Assembly: GCA_965214095.1 (NCBI GenBank)
Contig: OZ243938.1
Location: forward strand, 5,056,001-5,120,000
Reading direction: 5' to 3'
Length of the DNA stretch: 64,000 bases
DNA from: Candidatus Poribacteria bacterium
GTDB taxonomy: Bacteria > Poribacteria > WGA-4E > WGA-3G
Below, in pieces: positions 31,211 to 41,555 of this stretch; positions within the stretch are counted from its first letter, which is position 1, and every line of letters begins with the position of its first letter. The notes under the pieces were generated by a model. That model was not told the DNA's origin and did not search any database. It was given only the letters and a program-made list of their open reading frames with translations. The position numbers were made by a program, and so were the translations under genes.

Positions 31211-32740
31211 TCATCTTTCATTTTTTGTCTGAGTCTGTTGCAAGTATTCTGATATCTGTTTTGTTAATCTTTTTTCAATAGTCTTCATTTTCGGTACCCC
31301 CGCGAGATTGTTTGTTTCATTTGGGTCATCATGCACATTAAACAGCAGATAAGGGGTTCCTTCTCTATTTAATACCATTTTCCACTCTTGATTCAGCAGC
31401 ATAATTTCACGAGATATTTCGGAAATAGCGAATTCACGGTGTGGTGCTTCTGTGTCATCAAGAACAGGAGACAAGGACTTTCCGAACTGTCTATGCTTCA
31501 ACTCCCCTCCCGCCATTTCAACGAGTGTGGGTCCGATATCAATCCATTCAACAGGACTATCACAAGTGCGATCAGTGGTTGTGTCTTTTAAGGTATCAGG
31601 TGTACGCACAAGAAATGGAATTCGGACTGCTCCATTTAGGAGGTTACTTTTGTAAATCAACCCATAATCTCCGTTCATCTCACCATGGTCAGAACAGAAA
31701 ACGATGACAGTATTATCCAGTTCTCCGCGTTGCTCAATTGCACCCAAGATTTCGCCAATTTGATCATCAATGAGGGTAACATTTCCAGCATAATCCGCAC
31801 GCATTTTTGCCACATCACCTGCGTCAAATTTAGGACTTTTCTTCTTATTTTTCATAAGGTTGTCTAAACTTCCACGAGGACGGTTTTCTGCAGCTTGACG
31901 AGGTACGGGTTGTGGCATATCATCCGGATTATACATACTTGAATAAGGTTTTGGACAATCCCAAGGTTCGTGAGGTCCACCGAAACTCACCCAGCAAAAC
32001 CAAGGTTCTTTGCGGTTATAGTCTTGAAGATATTGCTTTGCTTGTTGTCCAACGTATACATCCGCATCATTTTCAAGTCCGAGTGGAGTGGGACGAACAA
32101 GATGAGGTCTCGTTTTGAAACGTTCCTGATAGTCCTCACGGTATGCTTTCCAGATACCTTTCTCTTCCCACATTTCTGTCATATAGGATAGGCATTTCAT
32201 ACTTGCTCGGGGACCACCAATCTCATTCACATCGTCTAATCCGTAAGCGTGCATCAAATGCTCACGTTTACGAAGATCACCAGTATTCGTGTGGAGATGT
32301 GTTTTACCGAATAGACTCGTGCGATATCCTGCCTCTCGGACAGCTTGCATCCATGTTGGAGTATCAGGTTTCATCTTATGCTTTTGGTTGTTCCAAACGC
32401 CGGTGTTGTGTGGATACAATCCTGTTGCTAAACTGAGGCGTGCAGGAACACAAACAGGTGATGTAGTAACACAATTAGTAAAACGTACACCCTCGTTTGC
32501 AATTCTGTCCATGTTTGGTGTTTGAACCCAATCACCACTGCACCCCATGGCATCCCACCGTTGCTGGTCTGTCATCAGAAGAAGGATGTTCGGTTTCTTG
32601 GACTCACTTGCAGGTTGTTGATCTGCCTTCGCTCCCTGTACACCAGTGTTTGTGGCAACAAGTGATATAGCACCTGCTCCTGCTACACCTAGATTCTTGA
32701 TGAACGTTCTGCGATTGATTTTATCGGATTTAGTCTTCAT
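31211..32740 (-). CDS. Tat-exported sulfatase
   Basis: NRRTFIK Tat motif; CVPAR; GKTHL; SDHG. Confidence 0.9.
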   Translation of the reverse strand: MKTKSDKINRRTFIKNLGVAGAGAISLVATNTGVQGAKADQQPASESKKPNILLLMTDQQRWDAMGCSGDWVQTPNMDRIANEGVRFTNCVTTSPVCVPARLSLATGLYPHNTGVWNNQKHKMKPDTPTWMQAVREAGYRTSLFGKTHLHTNTGDLRKREHLMHAYGLDDVNEIGGPRASMKCLSYMTEMWEEKGIWKAYREDYQERFKTRPHLVRPTPLGLENDADVYVGQQAKQYLQDYNRKEPWFCWVSFGGPHEPWDCPKPYSSMYNPDDMPQPVPRQAAENRPRGSLDNLMKNKKKSPKFDAGDVAKMRADYAGNVTLIDDQIGEILGAIEQRGELDNTVIVFCSDHGEMNGDYGLIYKSNLLNGAVRIPFLVRTPDTLKDTTTDRTCDSPVEWIDIGPTLVEMAGGELKHRQFGKSLSPVLDDTEAPHREFAISEISREIMLLNQEWKMVLNREGTPYLLFNVHDDPNETNNLAGVPKMKTIEKRLTKQISEYLQQTQTKNER

Positions 32741-32744
32741 AGGA

Positions 32745-34121
32745 TTATTTTTTGGTTTGTGTGTGAAATAGGTGTTCTAAAATTTGCAGCCTTAGTTCTG
32801 TTTCTAACTCTTTCATTTCGGGTTGTCCAGCAAGGTTATTTATTTCATCTGGGTCATCTTGCACATTAAAGAGAAGATAAGGTATACTATCACCGTTTAG
32901 CGCAATCTTCCATTCCTTATTGAGCAGCATGATTTCACCCGATATTTCAGAGATCGCAAACTCACGGTGCGTTGCTTCGGTGTCAGCAATAGCGGGACAT
33001 AACGACTTGCCATACTGCCGATGTTTCAATTCACCGTCAGCCATTTCAACAAATGTTGGACCGATATCAATCCATTCAACAGGATTGTCGTTGATTATCC
33101 CTTCTGTGCCATTTTTTACTGTTTCGGGAGTTCGGACAAGTAGAGGGATACGCACTGATCCATTGAGGAAGTTACCTTTGTATATCAGTCCGTAATCTCC
33201 GTTCATTTCACCGTGGTCTGAAGTGTGAATGATGACGGTATTATCAAGTTCACCCCATGCTTCAATTGCTTCAAGTATTTCACCAATCTGATCGTCTATG
33301 AGTGTTATATTACCAGCATAGTCTGCACGTAACCTTTGTTCCTCACCCTCTTCAAATTTGGGATTCATCCGATTCATCATATTGTCTAAATTACCACGAG
33401 GACGATCTCCAGCAGGTTGACGTGGAATAGGTGGTGGCATATCTTTTGGGTCATACATACTGGCATAAGGTTCGGGTGTATCCCACGGTTCATGAGGTCC
33501 ACCGAAACTTACCCAGCAGCACCACGGTTCTTGTCGGTTGTAATTCTGTATATACTTCTTTGATTGTTGACCGACGTAAACATCAGCATAGTTTTCAAGA
33601 CCAAGTGTTGAAGGACGAACTATGTAGGGTTTTGTGCTGAATCTTTCTTTATAATCCTCACGGTAACCTTGCCAAAGTCCTTTCTCCTCCCACATCTCTG
33701 TCATGTGAGACAGAACTCGACTACTTGCTCGTGGTCCGCCTATTTCATCAACATCATCTAAACCATACGATTTCATTAAATCTTCTCTGTCACGTAAATC
33801 TCCGTTGTGCGGATGAAGGTGTGTTTTTCCGAAAAGACTGGTGCGGTAGCCTGCATCACGTACCGTCTGCATCCAAGTTGGAGTATCAGCAGACATCGAA
33901 TGATGCATGTTATTCCAAACACCCGTATTGTGCGGATATAAACCCGTTGCTAAACTGAGACGTGTAGGGATACAGACCGGAGATGTGGTCACGCAGTTAG
34001 TAAAACGGACACCTTCATTTGCAATTCTATCTAAATTAGGTGTTTGCACCCAATCACCACTGCAACCCATTGCATCCCATCGTTGTTGGTCTGTCATGAG
34101 GAGAAGTATATTTGGTTTCAT
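32745..34121 (-). CDS. Cytoplasmic sulfatase (close paralog of neighbour)
   Basis: CIPTR; no signal peptide; long identical blocks with 31211..32740. Confidence 0.9.
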   Translation of the reverse strand: MKPNILLLMTDQQRWDAMGCSGDWVQTPNLDRIANEGVRFTNCVTTSPVCIPTRLSLATGLYPHNTGVWNNMHHSMSADTPTWMQTVRDAGYRTSLFGKTHLHPHNGDLRDREDLMKSYGLDDVDEIGGPRASSRVLSHMTEMWEEKGLWQGYREDYKERFSTKPYIVRPSTLGLENYADVYVGQQSKKYIQNYNRQEPWCCWVSFGGPHEPWDTPEPYASMYDPKDMPPPIPRQPAGDRPRGNLDNMMNRMNPKFEEGEEQRLRADYAGNITLIDDQIGEILEAIEAWGELDNTVIIHTSDHGEMNGDYGLIYKGNFLNGSVRIPLLVRTPETVKNGTEGIINDNPVEWIDIGPTFVEMADGELKHRQYGKSLCPAIADTEATHREFAISEISGEIMLLNKEWKIALNGDSIPYLLFNVQDDPDEINNLAGQPEMKELETELRLQILEHLFHTQTKK

Positions 34122-34212
34122 AGATATCCTTATATGCTATTTGAAATGTTTGGCAAGATGTAATCGGTGGAGACGTAGGAAACTAACAAAAATTAGAATC
34201 TATATTCTTCAA

Positions 34213-35055
34213 TTAATTTCGCTCAATACCAGCATCAACAAATGCTTTTGACAACGTTTCATAAGAGAGGGTCGCAGCAGCAAGTGGATCATAATTCTCG
34301 CGTGCTTGCACCATAAAACTCACTTCGGCAGTGATGAATCCATCATAACCTTCTGCTTGCATCTGCTTTAGATAATCCACATAATCAAAAGTGCCTTCAC
34401 CGGGAATTAGGAATTCAAAATCTGGATGGATACCGCGTTGATCTTTGACATGTGTATGTGCCGAAACTGCTGCTAAAGCGGATACTGTCTCCTCAGTCGG
34501 CATGCCAACAATGTCAAAATGGCTAATGTCAAAGTTGACTTTGAGATATGGGGAATTGACGATATCAAGAAGTTCAAGCACTTTATTTGGAGTGTCAACA
34601 ATTGCACCGATGTGCGGTTCCATTGCGATGGTCACACCGCGGGATTCCCCATACTCCACCAACTCACCGAGACGTTCAGCAAGGAAATCTTTTTTGGCAT
34701 CCCACATGTCAGGCTTCCCACCAGGTGTCGTATTCACTGCTGGTAGTTCTCCATCTTGTGCAAGGTCAACTGCCAAGTCAACACCACCCTTGAGTCGCCA
34801 CATATTCTTTGCATGTGCTTCTGGGTCTGTTTCCAGCAAACTGGAGTGCGCAGCAATCGCAGGTAATGCTAAATTATTCTGTTTCAACAGAGAGGCAATT
34901 CGTTTCCGTTCTGCTGTATCAAGAGAACTGAGTTCGGTAGTGAAACGTGGGATGATAGTCAGTTCAATCCCATCAAATCCGAGTTGTGCGAGATGTGATA
35001 TTGCAGTATCAATGGCGACTGTCGGCATTCCCCATGTGCTATATCCGAGTTTCAT
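34213..35055 (-). CDS. Sugar phosphate isomerase/epimerase (AP_endonuc_2 TIM barrel)
   Basis: GFDGIEL, MEPH, NFDISH, HTHVKD, PGEG, AE. Confidence 0.85.
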   Translation of the reverse strand: MKLGYSTWGMPTVAIDTAISHLAQLGFDGIELTIIPRFTTELSSLDTAERKRIASLLKQNNLALPAIAAHSSLLETDPEAHAKNMWRLKGGVDLAVDLAQDGELPAVNTTPGGKPDMWDAKKDFLAERLGELVEYGESRGVTIAMEPHIGAIVDTPNKVLELLDIVNSPYLKVNFDISHFDIVGMPTEETVSALAAVSAHTHVKDQRGIHPDFEFLIPGEGTFDYVDYLKQMQAEGYDGFITAEVSFMVQARENYDPLAAATLSYETLSKAFVDAGIERN

Positions 35056-35108
35056 GTGCTATACTCCTTATAGTTGAACATAATGATGTTGGGGTTATCA
35101 GGTCTTCA

Positions 35109-35801
35109 TCAGAAAATGCTACCCATCCAATCATTCAATAGGAAACCAACACGGTGAATCAAGAGAGCAAGACGCCCCATAACGGTATTCCCAAATGCAG
35201 CTCCAAATCCTATCATTAGGAAAGCAATACCTACCTTTGAAAGCAACTTGATAGGACCGCGGTGTTCCACAGAAAAGAAAAAATATGTAAGGGTGCATAT
35301 TACACCAATGACTATGATGACAGCTCCGAAAGTATCCCAAGCGGAAAGCGTTCCTGCATTCATTGCAGCAAAGGGTTCAATTGTTCCGCGTGTCTGAGCA
35401 AAGATATTTGCCTGCAACACATTTGGAATTGCGACACCAGCCCCAAATCCGATCAGAATAGCTATAGGATAACGAATTAACCACGTATGACGCGAGGACA
35501 AACGGGCAAAAAACAATAAACCGATGGCAATTGGTAATATTCTAAATAACCCCCAAAGTGCATTTCGTGTTTCTGGTGTTGTTGTCCCCACTATCTCTGC
35601 CCAGAGCGCGCTGGTTGCTTCAGATAAAGGTTCCCAAGCTAATGGTATAACCCCTTGATGGATACTAATAATAATAATGTATCCAACCGAAATTCCTACA
35701 AAGAGATGTTCTGCAAAACGATAGAATGGATTATCTCTATAAAGAAAACTATAAATGCAGAGTGTTAAGAAAGCTGCAACCCAGATTCCAATAATTTCCA
35801 T
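35109..35801 (-). CDS. Uncharacterised multi-pass membrane protein (cluster gene 4)
   Basis: About 6 TM segments; 'YSFLYRDNPFYRFAEHLFVG'; ATG 35801 after GGAGG-like RBS. Confidence 0.75.
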   Translation of the reverse strand: MEIIGIWVAAFLTLCIYSFLYRDNPFYRFAEHLFVGISVGYIIIISIHQGVIPLAWEPLSEATSALWAEIVGTTTPETRNALWGLFRILPIAIGLLFFARLSSRHTWLIRYPIAILIGFGAGVAIPNVLQANIFAQTRGTIEPFAAMNAGTLSAWDTFGAVIIVIGVICTLTYFFFSVEHRGPIKLLSKVGIAFLMIGFGAAFGNTVMGRLALLIHRVGFLLNDWMGSIF

Positions 35802-35805
35802 CAAT

Positions 35806-36621
35806 TTAACCCTCCCTTCTTCGCTGAATAAAAAATGCAATATTGCCTAGAATGACCAAACCGATAATCAAAAGATGTGCATAGGTTGCGGTGTTTAATC
35901 CTATAGTTCCATCCCCAGGTGCATTCAACAGTTCCTCATAATTTGCGGCTCCTAAATAACCGGGCATTAAGCCTATCAACTGTCCTGTTTGCAAATAAGG
36001 ATACATCTGGGCAATAATTACTGCTGTAACGCCTGCAGCAACCTTCAAACCGTACCTTGTGTTGGCATAAATGATCCAAGCTTCGGTTGTACTTCCGGAA
36101 GCAAGATCAAGCAACAAATCAATCTGATCATAGTTTGTGATATTTGCCATCATCGGAATTTCGTCAACAGTTTTATTTTCATAGTCGGTTTCAAAGACAC
36201 TGCTGATGTCGGTTCCCATACCAAGGATAACTTGTAATGTTCCGGGACGGTAACCCAGAAATACATAATCTTCACCATAGACAGCATTGTTTTCTGCAGC
36301 AATCTTTCGCATGAGTTTATGAGCCAAGGTTGGTGTATTAGGGAGAAGGGTCATACCGATGATTTTTATCCCTTTACTGAAACAGTGTTGCATTACTGCC
36401 TTTGCCATCGGTTCTGGTTCGGCGAGAGAAGATGGTCCATAGTCAAAAGCAATCATAATCGTTGATCCTGAGGGGAGTGCTTCAATAAAATCGTAAAGAT
36501 TTCGTGTTGGTTCTGAAACTGTAATTGGCATCCTTACTGGGACAAGGGTTGGAAAGATAACAACTAAAGCAACTAATATAAAAATTACTCGTCTGTCCAT
36601 ATTCATGATTTTTTCAAGCAT
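35806..36621 (-). CDS. Uncharacterised membrane-anchored protein (cluster gene 3)
   Basis: N- and C-terminal TM segments; 'YGEDYVFLGYRPG', 'YPYLQTGQLIGL..G..GAANYE'. Confidence 0.75.
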   Translation of the reverse strand: MLEKIMNMDRRVIFILVALVVIFPTLVPVRMPITVSEPTRNLYDFIEALPSGSTIMIAFDYGPSSLAEPEPMAKAVMQHCFSKGIKIIGMTLLPNTPTLAHKLMRKIAAENNAVYGEDYVFLGYRPGTLQVILGMGTDISSVFETDYENKTVDEIPMMANITNYDQIDLLLDLASGSTTEAWIIYANTRYGLKVAAGVTAVIIAQMYPYLQTGQLIGLMPGYLGAANYEELLNAPGDGTIGLNTATYAHLLIIGLVILGNIAFFIQRRREG

Positions 36622-36624
36622 TGA

Positions 36625-37275
36625 CTAATCTCCTCCACCAAGATACGACCGTTCAATTCCTAATATAATTCGGATAGATTGTGAAATGACCCCTAAACTT
36701 ACACCAAGAATAATACCACGTCGTGCAGCATTGTTTAGAACATCTAAAATCCATTGGCGTAACCATGATGCACCGTCTGTCCAAGGCATCCAAGACATTA
36801 CCTTATTCCAAACGAGATCGCCAACGGGGACATTTCCGATCATGACAATCATGGCAGTAGCAAGAAGTAAGAAAGCCTCAAACGACCGTGCACGGAAAGC
36901 ACGAAAAGCCGCTGAAGCTATAAAAAAGGCAAGCAAAGAAAACATCGTTGCATCCATTGGGACTTGGACGTTATTATATAACCACTCAACTGTTGAGTTT
37001 TGCGGTCCATAGGGAATACCAATTAAAACCATCACTATCATGCCAACGAATACAATCAGACTGTATTGCCAATGTTCTGTACGAAGGTTGATGCGTGTAA
37101 CGTGTGTCTGGATGAGCGTCACTACTGCCAATACCATAGCGAATGGCGATATTATTAACCCCCAATCGATCACTTCTTTGTAAACTGCTTGGGAATATGA
37201 ATGTGGACTAAATTGGGTGAAGATCATCGCTATGCCAAAAAGAAAGCAGAATGCTAAGGGTATTTGTCTCTTCAT
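36625..37275 (-). CDS. Uncharacterised multi-pass membrane protein (cluster gene 2)
   Basis: About 6 TM segments; 'TMFSLLAFFIASAAFRAFRARSFEA', 'RIILGIER'. Confidence 0.75.
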   Translation of the reverse strand: MKRQIPLAFCFLFGIAMIFTQFSPHSYSQAVYKEVIDWGLIISPFAMVLAVVTLIQTHVTRINLRTEHWQYSLIVFVGMIVMVLIGIPYGPQNSTVEWLYNNVQVPMDATMFSLLAFFIASAAFRAFRARSFEAFLLLATAMIVMIGNVPVGDLVWNKVMSWMPWTDGASWLRQWILDVLNNAARRGIILGVSLGVISQSIRIILGIERSYLGGGD

Positions 37276-37283
37276 ATATTCTC

Positions 37284-38441
37284 CTATCTCACACTCTGTA
37301 AAAGTGTAGTAATCCAGTTGATACCGAACAACTCAAGAGTCACACCAAGGATGATCGTCACAAAAATGACGATTTTACCCCAGTCTTGTCCTCTGAGACT
37401 TCCTAGAAGCATTGGTTCTTTGGAAAGATACGCACTTGCTGCATAGAGTTCTTCACCTATCAAGGTATAGTCACAGGCTGCGATGAAGAAGGGGAGTTGA
37501 TGTTCTGAATCTGTGCCAGCAATTTGTATGGCACCGATGGAATTACCGGTTTCAGCCATAAGAAGTGATTCCGCATAAAATGTACCTTGTAGAAAGACTG
37601 CTGCTGGTTTTTCGCGAATCATCATACCATCAACACCTGCTGCATAAGCGAATTGATCACCGGTAAGATAGAAGATGTTCTGTTCCTGGTAGGCATCTGG
37701 ACGACCTTCGTCAATGTAAGAAGTTTTAACCATCTCCCGAACAACGTTCAACACAATGGGATCATTACAAGGTACGCGTAGGGGTGTTTCATAGTCAGCA
37801 GTTCGTCGTGCAACCTGTCCAAGAATGGTCATACTGGCAATAGTTGCAACATTTTCAACACCTCCTAACCCTAACACATATAAAATTGAACGGCCCATCT
37901 CGGTTGCCCTTCCGATTGCTTCATCGACAGCTTCAAGTCCAGGAATACGACGAACAAATACATCTTGATTATTACGGCAAAGGTATATACTTACAAGAAT
38001 TGCTGCACATAAAATTATCATGACAATAAAAAGTGAGGTCTTACCCGTGTGAAACCATTGTCCAGTAGCTATTACTCCTTCTGTCTGTTGCGAATTTACT
38101 ATCGCTTCAGAATCAGTAATTGCCTGTACAAAATATGCATGTGTTTTCCCTTTTTCTATATAAGAATCCTTATATTGAGTCGTAGTCGGTTTTAACTGTT
38201 CACCAATCTCCTCAAACTCACCCGAATCAGTGTTGCGTAGGATTTTGTATCCTGTTATCCCACTATCCTCAGGTGCAGCATCCCATGTGACGGTGATACT
38301 TGAGCCATCGTCATTAGGTGTATCTTTCGCAGTGACGTTTGTCGGAGGTGAAAACGTCGGTTCTTGACTAAATGCATAAGTGCCGCATAAAAAAATAAGC
38401 AAACATGCGGCTATACATATAAATGTCTTGTTATGTGTCAT
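37284..38441 (-). CDS. Fibronectin type III + DUF6754-like membrane protein (cluster gene 1)
   Basis: FN3 'PPTNVTAKDTPNDDGSSITVTW'; 'VRRIPGLEAVDEAIGRATEMGR', 'QLPFFIAACDYTLIGEELYAASAYL'. Confidence 0.7.
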   Translation of the reverse strand: MTHNKTFICIAACLLIFLCGTYAFSQEPTFSPPTNVTAKDTPNDDGSSITVTWDAAPEDSGITGYKILRNTDSGEFEEIGEQLKPTTTQYKDSYIEKGKTHAYFVQAITDSEAIVNSQQTEGVIATGQWFHTGKTSLFIVMIILCAAILVSIYLCRNNQDVFVRRIPGLEAVDEAIGRATEMGRSILYVLGLGGVENVATIASMTILGQVARRTADYETPLRVPCNDPIVLNVVREMVKTSYIDEGRPDAYQEQNIFYLTGDQFAYAAGVDGMMIREKPAAVFLQGTFYAESLLMAETGNSIGAIQIAGTDSEHQLPFFIAACDYTLIGEELYAASAYLSKEPMLLGSLRGQDWGKIVIFVTIILGVTLELFGINWITTLLQSVR

Positions 38442-38471
38442 TTATTCCCTCAAAAGAATTTGGGTTAAGAA

Positions 38472-39560
38472 CTAATTACATTGTGAAATTGCTTCAATAA
38501 TTTGTGTATCAGTTACATCGTCTCGGATAACTACTTCCCCAATACGAGTCGGCAAAATAAGACGTAGATTGCCATCCAATGCTTTTTTGTCATAATACAT
38601 AGTTTCACATATAGTTTTTGGGGTAAGATATGATGGAAAGGTTAACGGAAGTTGTGCCTGAATTAATAGATTACGTTGACGTTCAAAATCAGTTTTCGAA
38701 AACATACCCAAATTGACTGCTAATCGTGCGGCGCAATTCATGCCGATAGACACTGCTTCTCCGTGTCTTAATCCATCGTAGTCTGTCAATGCTTCAAGTG
38801 CATGTCCAAATGTATGTCCATAGTTTAGCACCATCCGTAACCTGCTCTCTTTTTCATCTTTCGCGACTATATCTGCCTTGTTTGCACAAGCACGAGCGAT
38901 CAATTCAATGAGTGTTTCTGCATCTAAGTCTAATATTGCGTCTAAGTTTTCCTCCACCATCTCAAACAAGTATTCATCTCTGATGACCCCCATTTTTATC
39001 ACTTCAATCAGTCCTGCGCGTAGGTCTCGCTCCGGTAAGGTTTTGAGCGTGTCAACATCAATCAATACTAATTTAGGTTGATGAAACGCACCTATAAGAT
39101 TTTTTCCTTTTTCATGATTAATTGCTGTCTTTCCGCCAACACTCGCGTCAACTTGTGCTTGTAAAGTCGTAGGAATTTGAATGTAATCTATCCCTCGCAT
39201 GTATATTGCTGCAGCAAATCCAGCTAAATCACCCACAACCCCACCACCAAGAGCAATCACCATTGAACTCCTATCAAGTTGATGGGCAACCAAACTATCC
39301 AATACGCTGGTTAATTGTTCTAACGCCTTACTACTTTCACCAACAGGCACTTCAATCATAGCAGTATCAAAACCTACCTGTTTCAAATACGCGAGAACTG
39401 AAGGTGCATAATGTTGTTGGACGGTCGTGTCTGTAACAATGAGCACTCTCGTAGATTTACTCAGTGATTTAAGACATTCACCAATTCGGGTTAAATTCCC
39501 TGAACCAACGATGAGAGGGTAACGGTTTTCTTTGAGTTCTACGTGTAATGTCTTTTCCAT
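38472..39560 (-). CDS. aroB: 3-dehydroquinate synthase
   Basis: GGGVVGDLAGF, PTTL.AQVDASVGGKTAIN, LNYGHTFGHALE, HGEAV. Confidence 0.95.
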   Translation of the reverse strand: MEKTLHVELKENRYPLIVGSGNLTRIGECLKSLSKSTRVLIVTDTTVQQHYAPSVLAYLKQVGFDTAMIEVPVGESSKALEQLTSVLDSLVAHQLDRSSMVIALGGGVVGDLAGFAAAIYMRGIDYIQIPTTLQAQVDASVGGKTAINHEKGKNLIGAFHQPKLVLIDVDTLKTLPERDLRAGLIEVIKMGVIRDEYLFEMVEENLDAILDLDAETLIELIARACANKADIVAKDEKESRLRMVLNYGHTFGHALEALTDYDGLRHGEAVSIGMNCAARLAVNLGMFSKTDFERQRNLLIQAQLPLTFPSYLTPKTICETMYYDKKALDGNLRLILPTRIGEVVIRDDVTDTQIIEAISQCN

Positions 39561-39561
39561 T

Positions 39562-40122
39562 TTACGCATCGGGATTTTTGGGCACAAATGTTTTCATCTT
39601 CCTGAAATAGATGTTTTTTATATGAACAACTATTTCATCAAAGGACCTTCCAGTGGTATCCATCGTATAGTCAGCCTTGGCATAGTAAGGGGCGCGTTCA
39701 TCTAACATGGTTCGAATTGTTTCCAATGGATCGGGGGTCTGCAATAAAGGACGGTGTGTCTGATGGCCAACGCGTTCATATATCTCTTCTGGAGATGCCG
39801 TTAAGCAAAAAACAATTCCATTTTCTTTAAGTTTAGCAACGTTTTCCTCTTTTAAAACAACGCCACCGCCTGTTGATATAACAAAATTGTATAGATTAGA
39901 TACTTGTTCGACCGCTTCACTCTCAAGTTGACGAAACACTGATTCTCCATCTTTTTCAAAGATATCGCTAATTGCCCGATCATTATCCCTTTCAATCACA
40001 CTGTCCGTATCAATATACCGCATCCTCATAAGTGATGAAATCCGTTTACCGACAGAGGTCTTTCCAGTACCCATAAAACCGACAAGAACAATATTGGGTT
40101 TATTTTTAGAAGTTCTATTCAA
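39562..40122 (-). CDS. aroK: Shikimate kinase
   Basis: GFMGTGKTSVG, GE..FR..E, STGGG, RPLL; TTG start 40122 chosen from GAGGT RBS. Confidence 0.92.
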   Translation of the reverse strand: MNRTSKNKPNIVLVGFMGTGKTSVGKRISSLMRMRYIDTDSVIERDNDRAISDIFEKDGESVFRQLESEAVEQVSNLYNFVISTGGGVVLKEENVAKLKENGIVFCLTASPEEIYERVGHQTHRPLLQTPDPLETIRTMLDERAPYYAKADYTMDTTGRSFDEIVVHIKNIYFRKMKTFVPKNPDA

Positions 40123-40262
40123 CTGATCCACCTCTATAGAATAAAAACAATTTAGTGCTTTTTGATTGATACCGATATATGTAATTATAGCATTATCCAT
40201 AATTAATGTAAAGGTATTCGTTAAATTGCACCCGAACCATTCAAGTGTCACATATAGTTATT

Positions 40263-40491
40263 GTTGGAGGGGTTTCTAACCCCGATATTCAGAATCTCAA
40301 CAATTAAGTACAAGACCATTTAGTCCTGATAAGTTATGATTTCAACCGTCTACATCCCACAAACTACAGCATGGGATTTGACGGAATAGTGTTAAATTCG
40401 GTTGTGAGAAATCAACTTCAATTCAGGATGGGGTCTCTGTGTCCCACCTGAACCACTAATCATGAGACATGGCGGGACACAAAGATACCGC
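40263..40491. repeat. Cluster of small palindromic elements (REP, IS605-end-like hairpin, REPIN-like pair)
   Basis: REP 40263-40286; hairpin CCGTC..ATCCCA...TGGGAT..GACGG 40346-40384; inverted pair GGGTCTCTGTGTCCCACC / GGCGGGACACAAAGATACC. Confidence 0.5.
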
Positions 40492-40603
40492 AATAAAATG
40501 TGGTATGGTGCTGTGAAAACTTAAAATCCGACGCGACAATGTGGTGGTAGGTTGGGTTAGGAAAGTCGTATATTCTTGGAAATCAAATAATTCGAATCAA
40601 CTA

Positions 40604-41371
40604 TCAATTTTTTAGTTTGAGATCAACAGCGATGGCTTTCTTCTTTTCTATCAACATCTTGTATTCTGCTTTCCCCAAATCCTTTTCAATCTTTGCTACT
40701 TCTTTCATCACAGTTTTTATTTCCTTCTCATTCTTTTTCATCATTTTCGCCAATCTCTTCTTTTCTGCCGCAATGTCAGTTGATTTAGAGCGAGATCTTC
40801 TTTGATTGTTTCTTTCATTATCACTGTTTTTTTCGTATTGAGAAGATGAACTTGAGCGGGACGGACTATTACCGGTCTTGAGAAATCCCGTACTATCAGT
40901 ATTGAAGGTAATCATTTCACCATTTTTGTATAAAGTTATCTTTTTATCATCAATGTTCTTAACTACAGCATCACCAATTTCATCACCAACACTAACAACA
41001 TAAAACTGATTTGAACGTCTTTCCACTACAAAAGCCTCTGAATTCGTTCCTAAAGTGCCAATAGCAGTTCCAATCAAGGTATATTCTGGTTCTTCCTTAG
41101 GAGGTGTCCATCCAAGAGGACGAAAAATATTATTCTCTACTATAACCTGATAGAAACCTGAATTATCTTTGGATTTTTCACTATGGGATTCTTGTTTACG
41201 CTTTTCATACGCCACCAGTTCCTGTTTCAGTTGTGCTTTTGATGCGTTCACATCTGCATCATCTGTTTCCATTTTCGCAAGATTTCCCCACTGTAGGTCT
41301 ACACCAAATACGAAAAGAAAACCTACAACAGAAGCAATTCCCAATAGAATTAAGACTTTTGAATATTTCAC
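40604..41371 (-). CDS. Hypothetical protein with GspC/PilP-like domain
   Basis: N-terminal TM; 'YTLIGT...AFVVE......VVSVGDEIGDAVVKNIDDKKITL' pattern; coiled-coil tail. Confidence 0.5.
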   Translation of the reverse strand: MKYSKVLILLGIASVVGFLFVFGVDLQWGNLAKMETDDADVNASKAQLKQELVAYEKRKQESHSEKSKDNSGFYQVIVENNIFRPLGWTPPKEEPEYTLIGTAIGTLGTNSEAFVVERRSNQFYVVSVGDEIGDAVVKNIDDKKITLYKNGEMITFNTDSTGFLKTGNSPSRSSSSSQYEKNSDNERNNQRRSRSKSTDIAAEKKRLAKMMKKNEKEIKTVMKEVAKIEKDLGKAEYKMLIEKKKAIAVDLKLKN

Positions 41372-41443
41372 AACAATTCACTTTCTTAGTAAAACGGTCA
41401 GTAGAAAAATCCGAGTATTTTATAAACGCTCAACTTTAACTTA

Positions 41444-41555
41444 TACCATTTCTAATAGAAAACGCCGCATTTTTGTAGCACAAACTGCCAGTTTGTGCCG
41501 TCGTTCAAGACATCCTTAAGAAATGTTAATGGGATAAACATTTATAGAAATGGTA
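41444..41555. mobile_element. TIR-bounded cassette carrying a GTAG REP
   Basis: TACCATTTCTA / TAGAAATGGTA 11-bp TIR; internal GTAGCACAAACTGCCAGTTTGTGC. Confidence 0.55.

Noticed and set aside
34445-35077. 210-aa plus-strand ORF (and other long antisense ORFs such as 24870..25460 and 21160..21702)
   Set aside because: Frame-mirrored shadows of well-supported minus-strand genes with no protein motifs
40123-40251. N-terminal extension of AroK
   Set aside because: AT-rich promoter-like DNA; a GAGGT RBS supports the start at 40122
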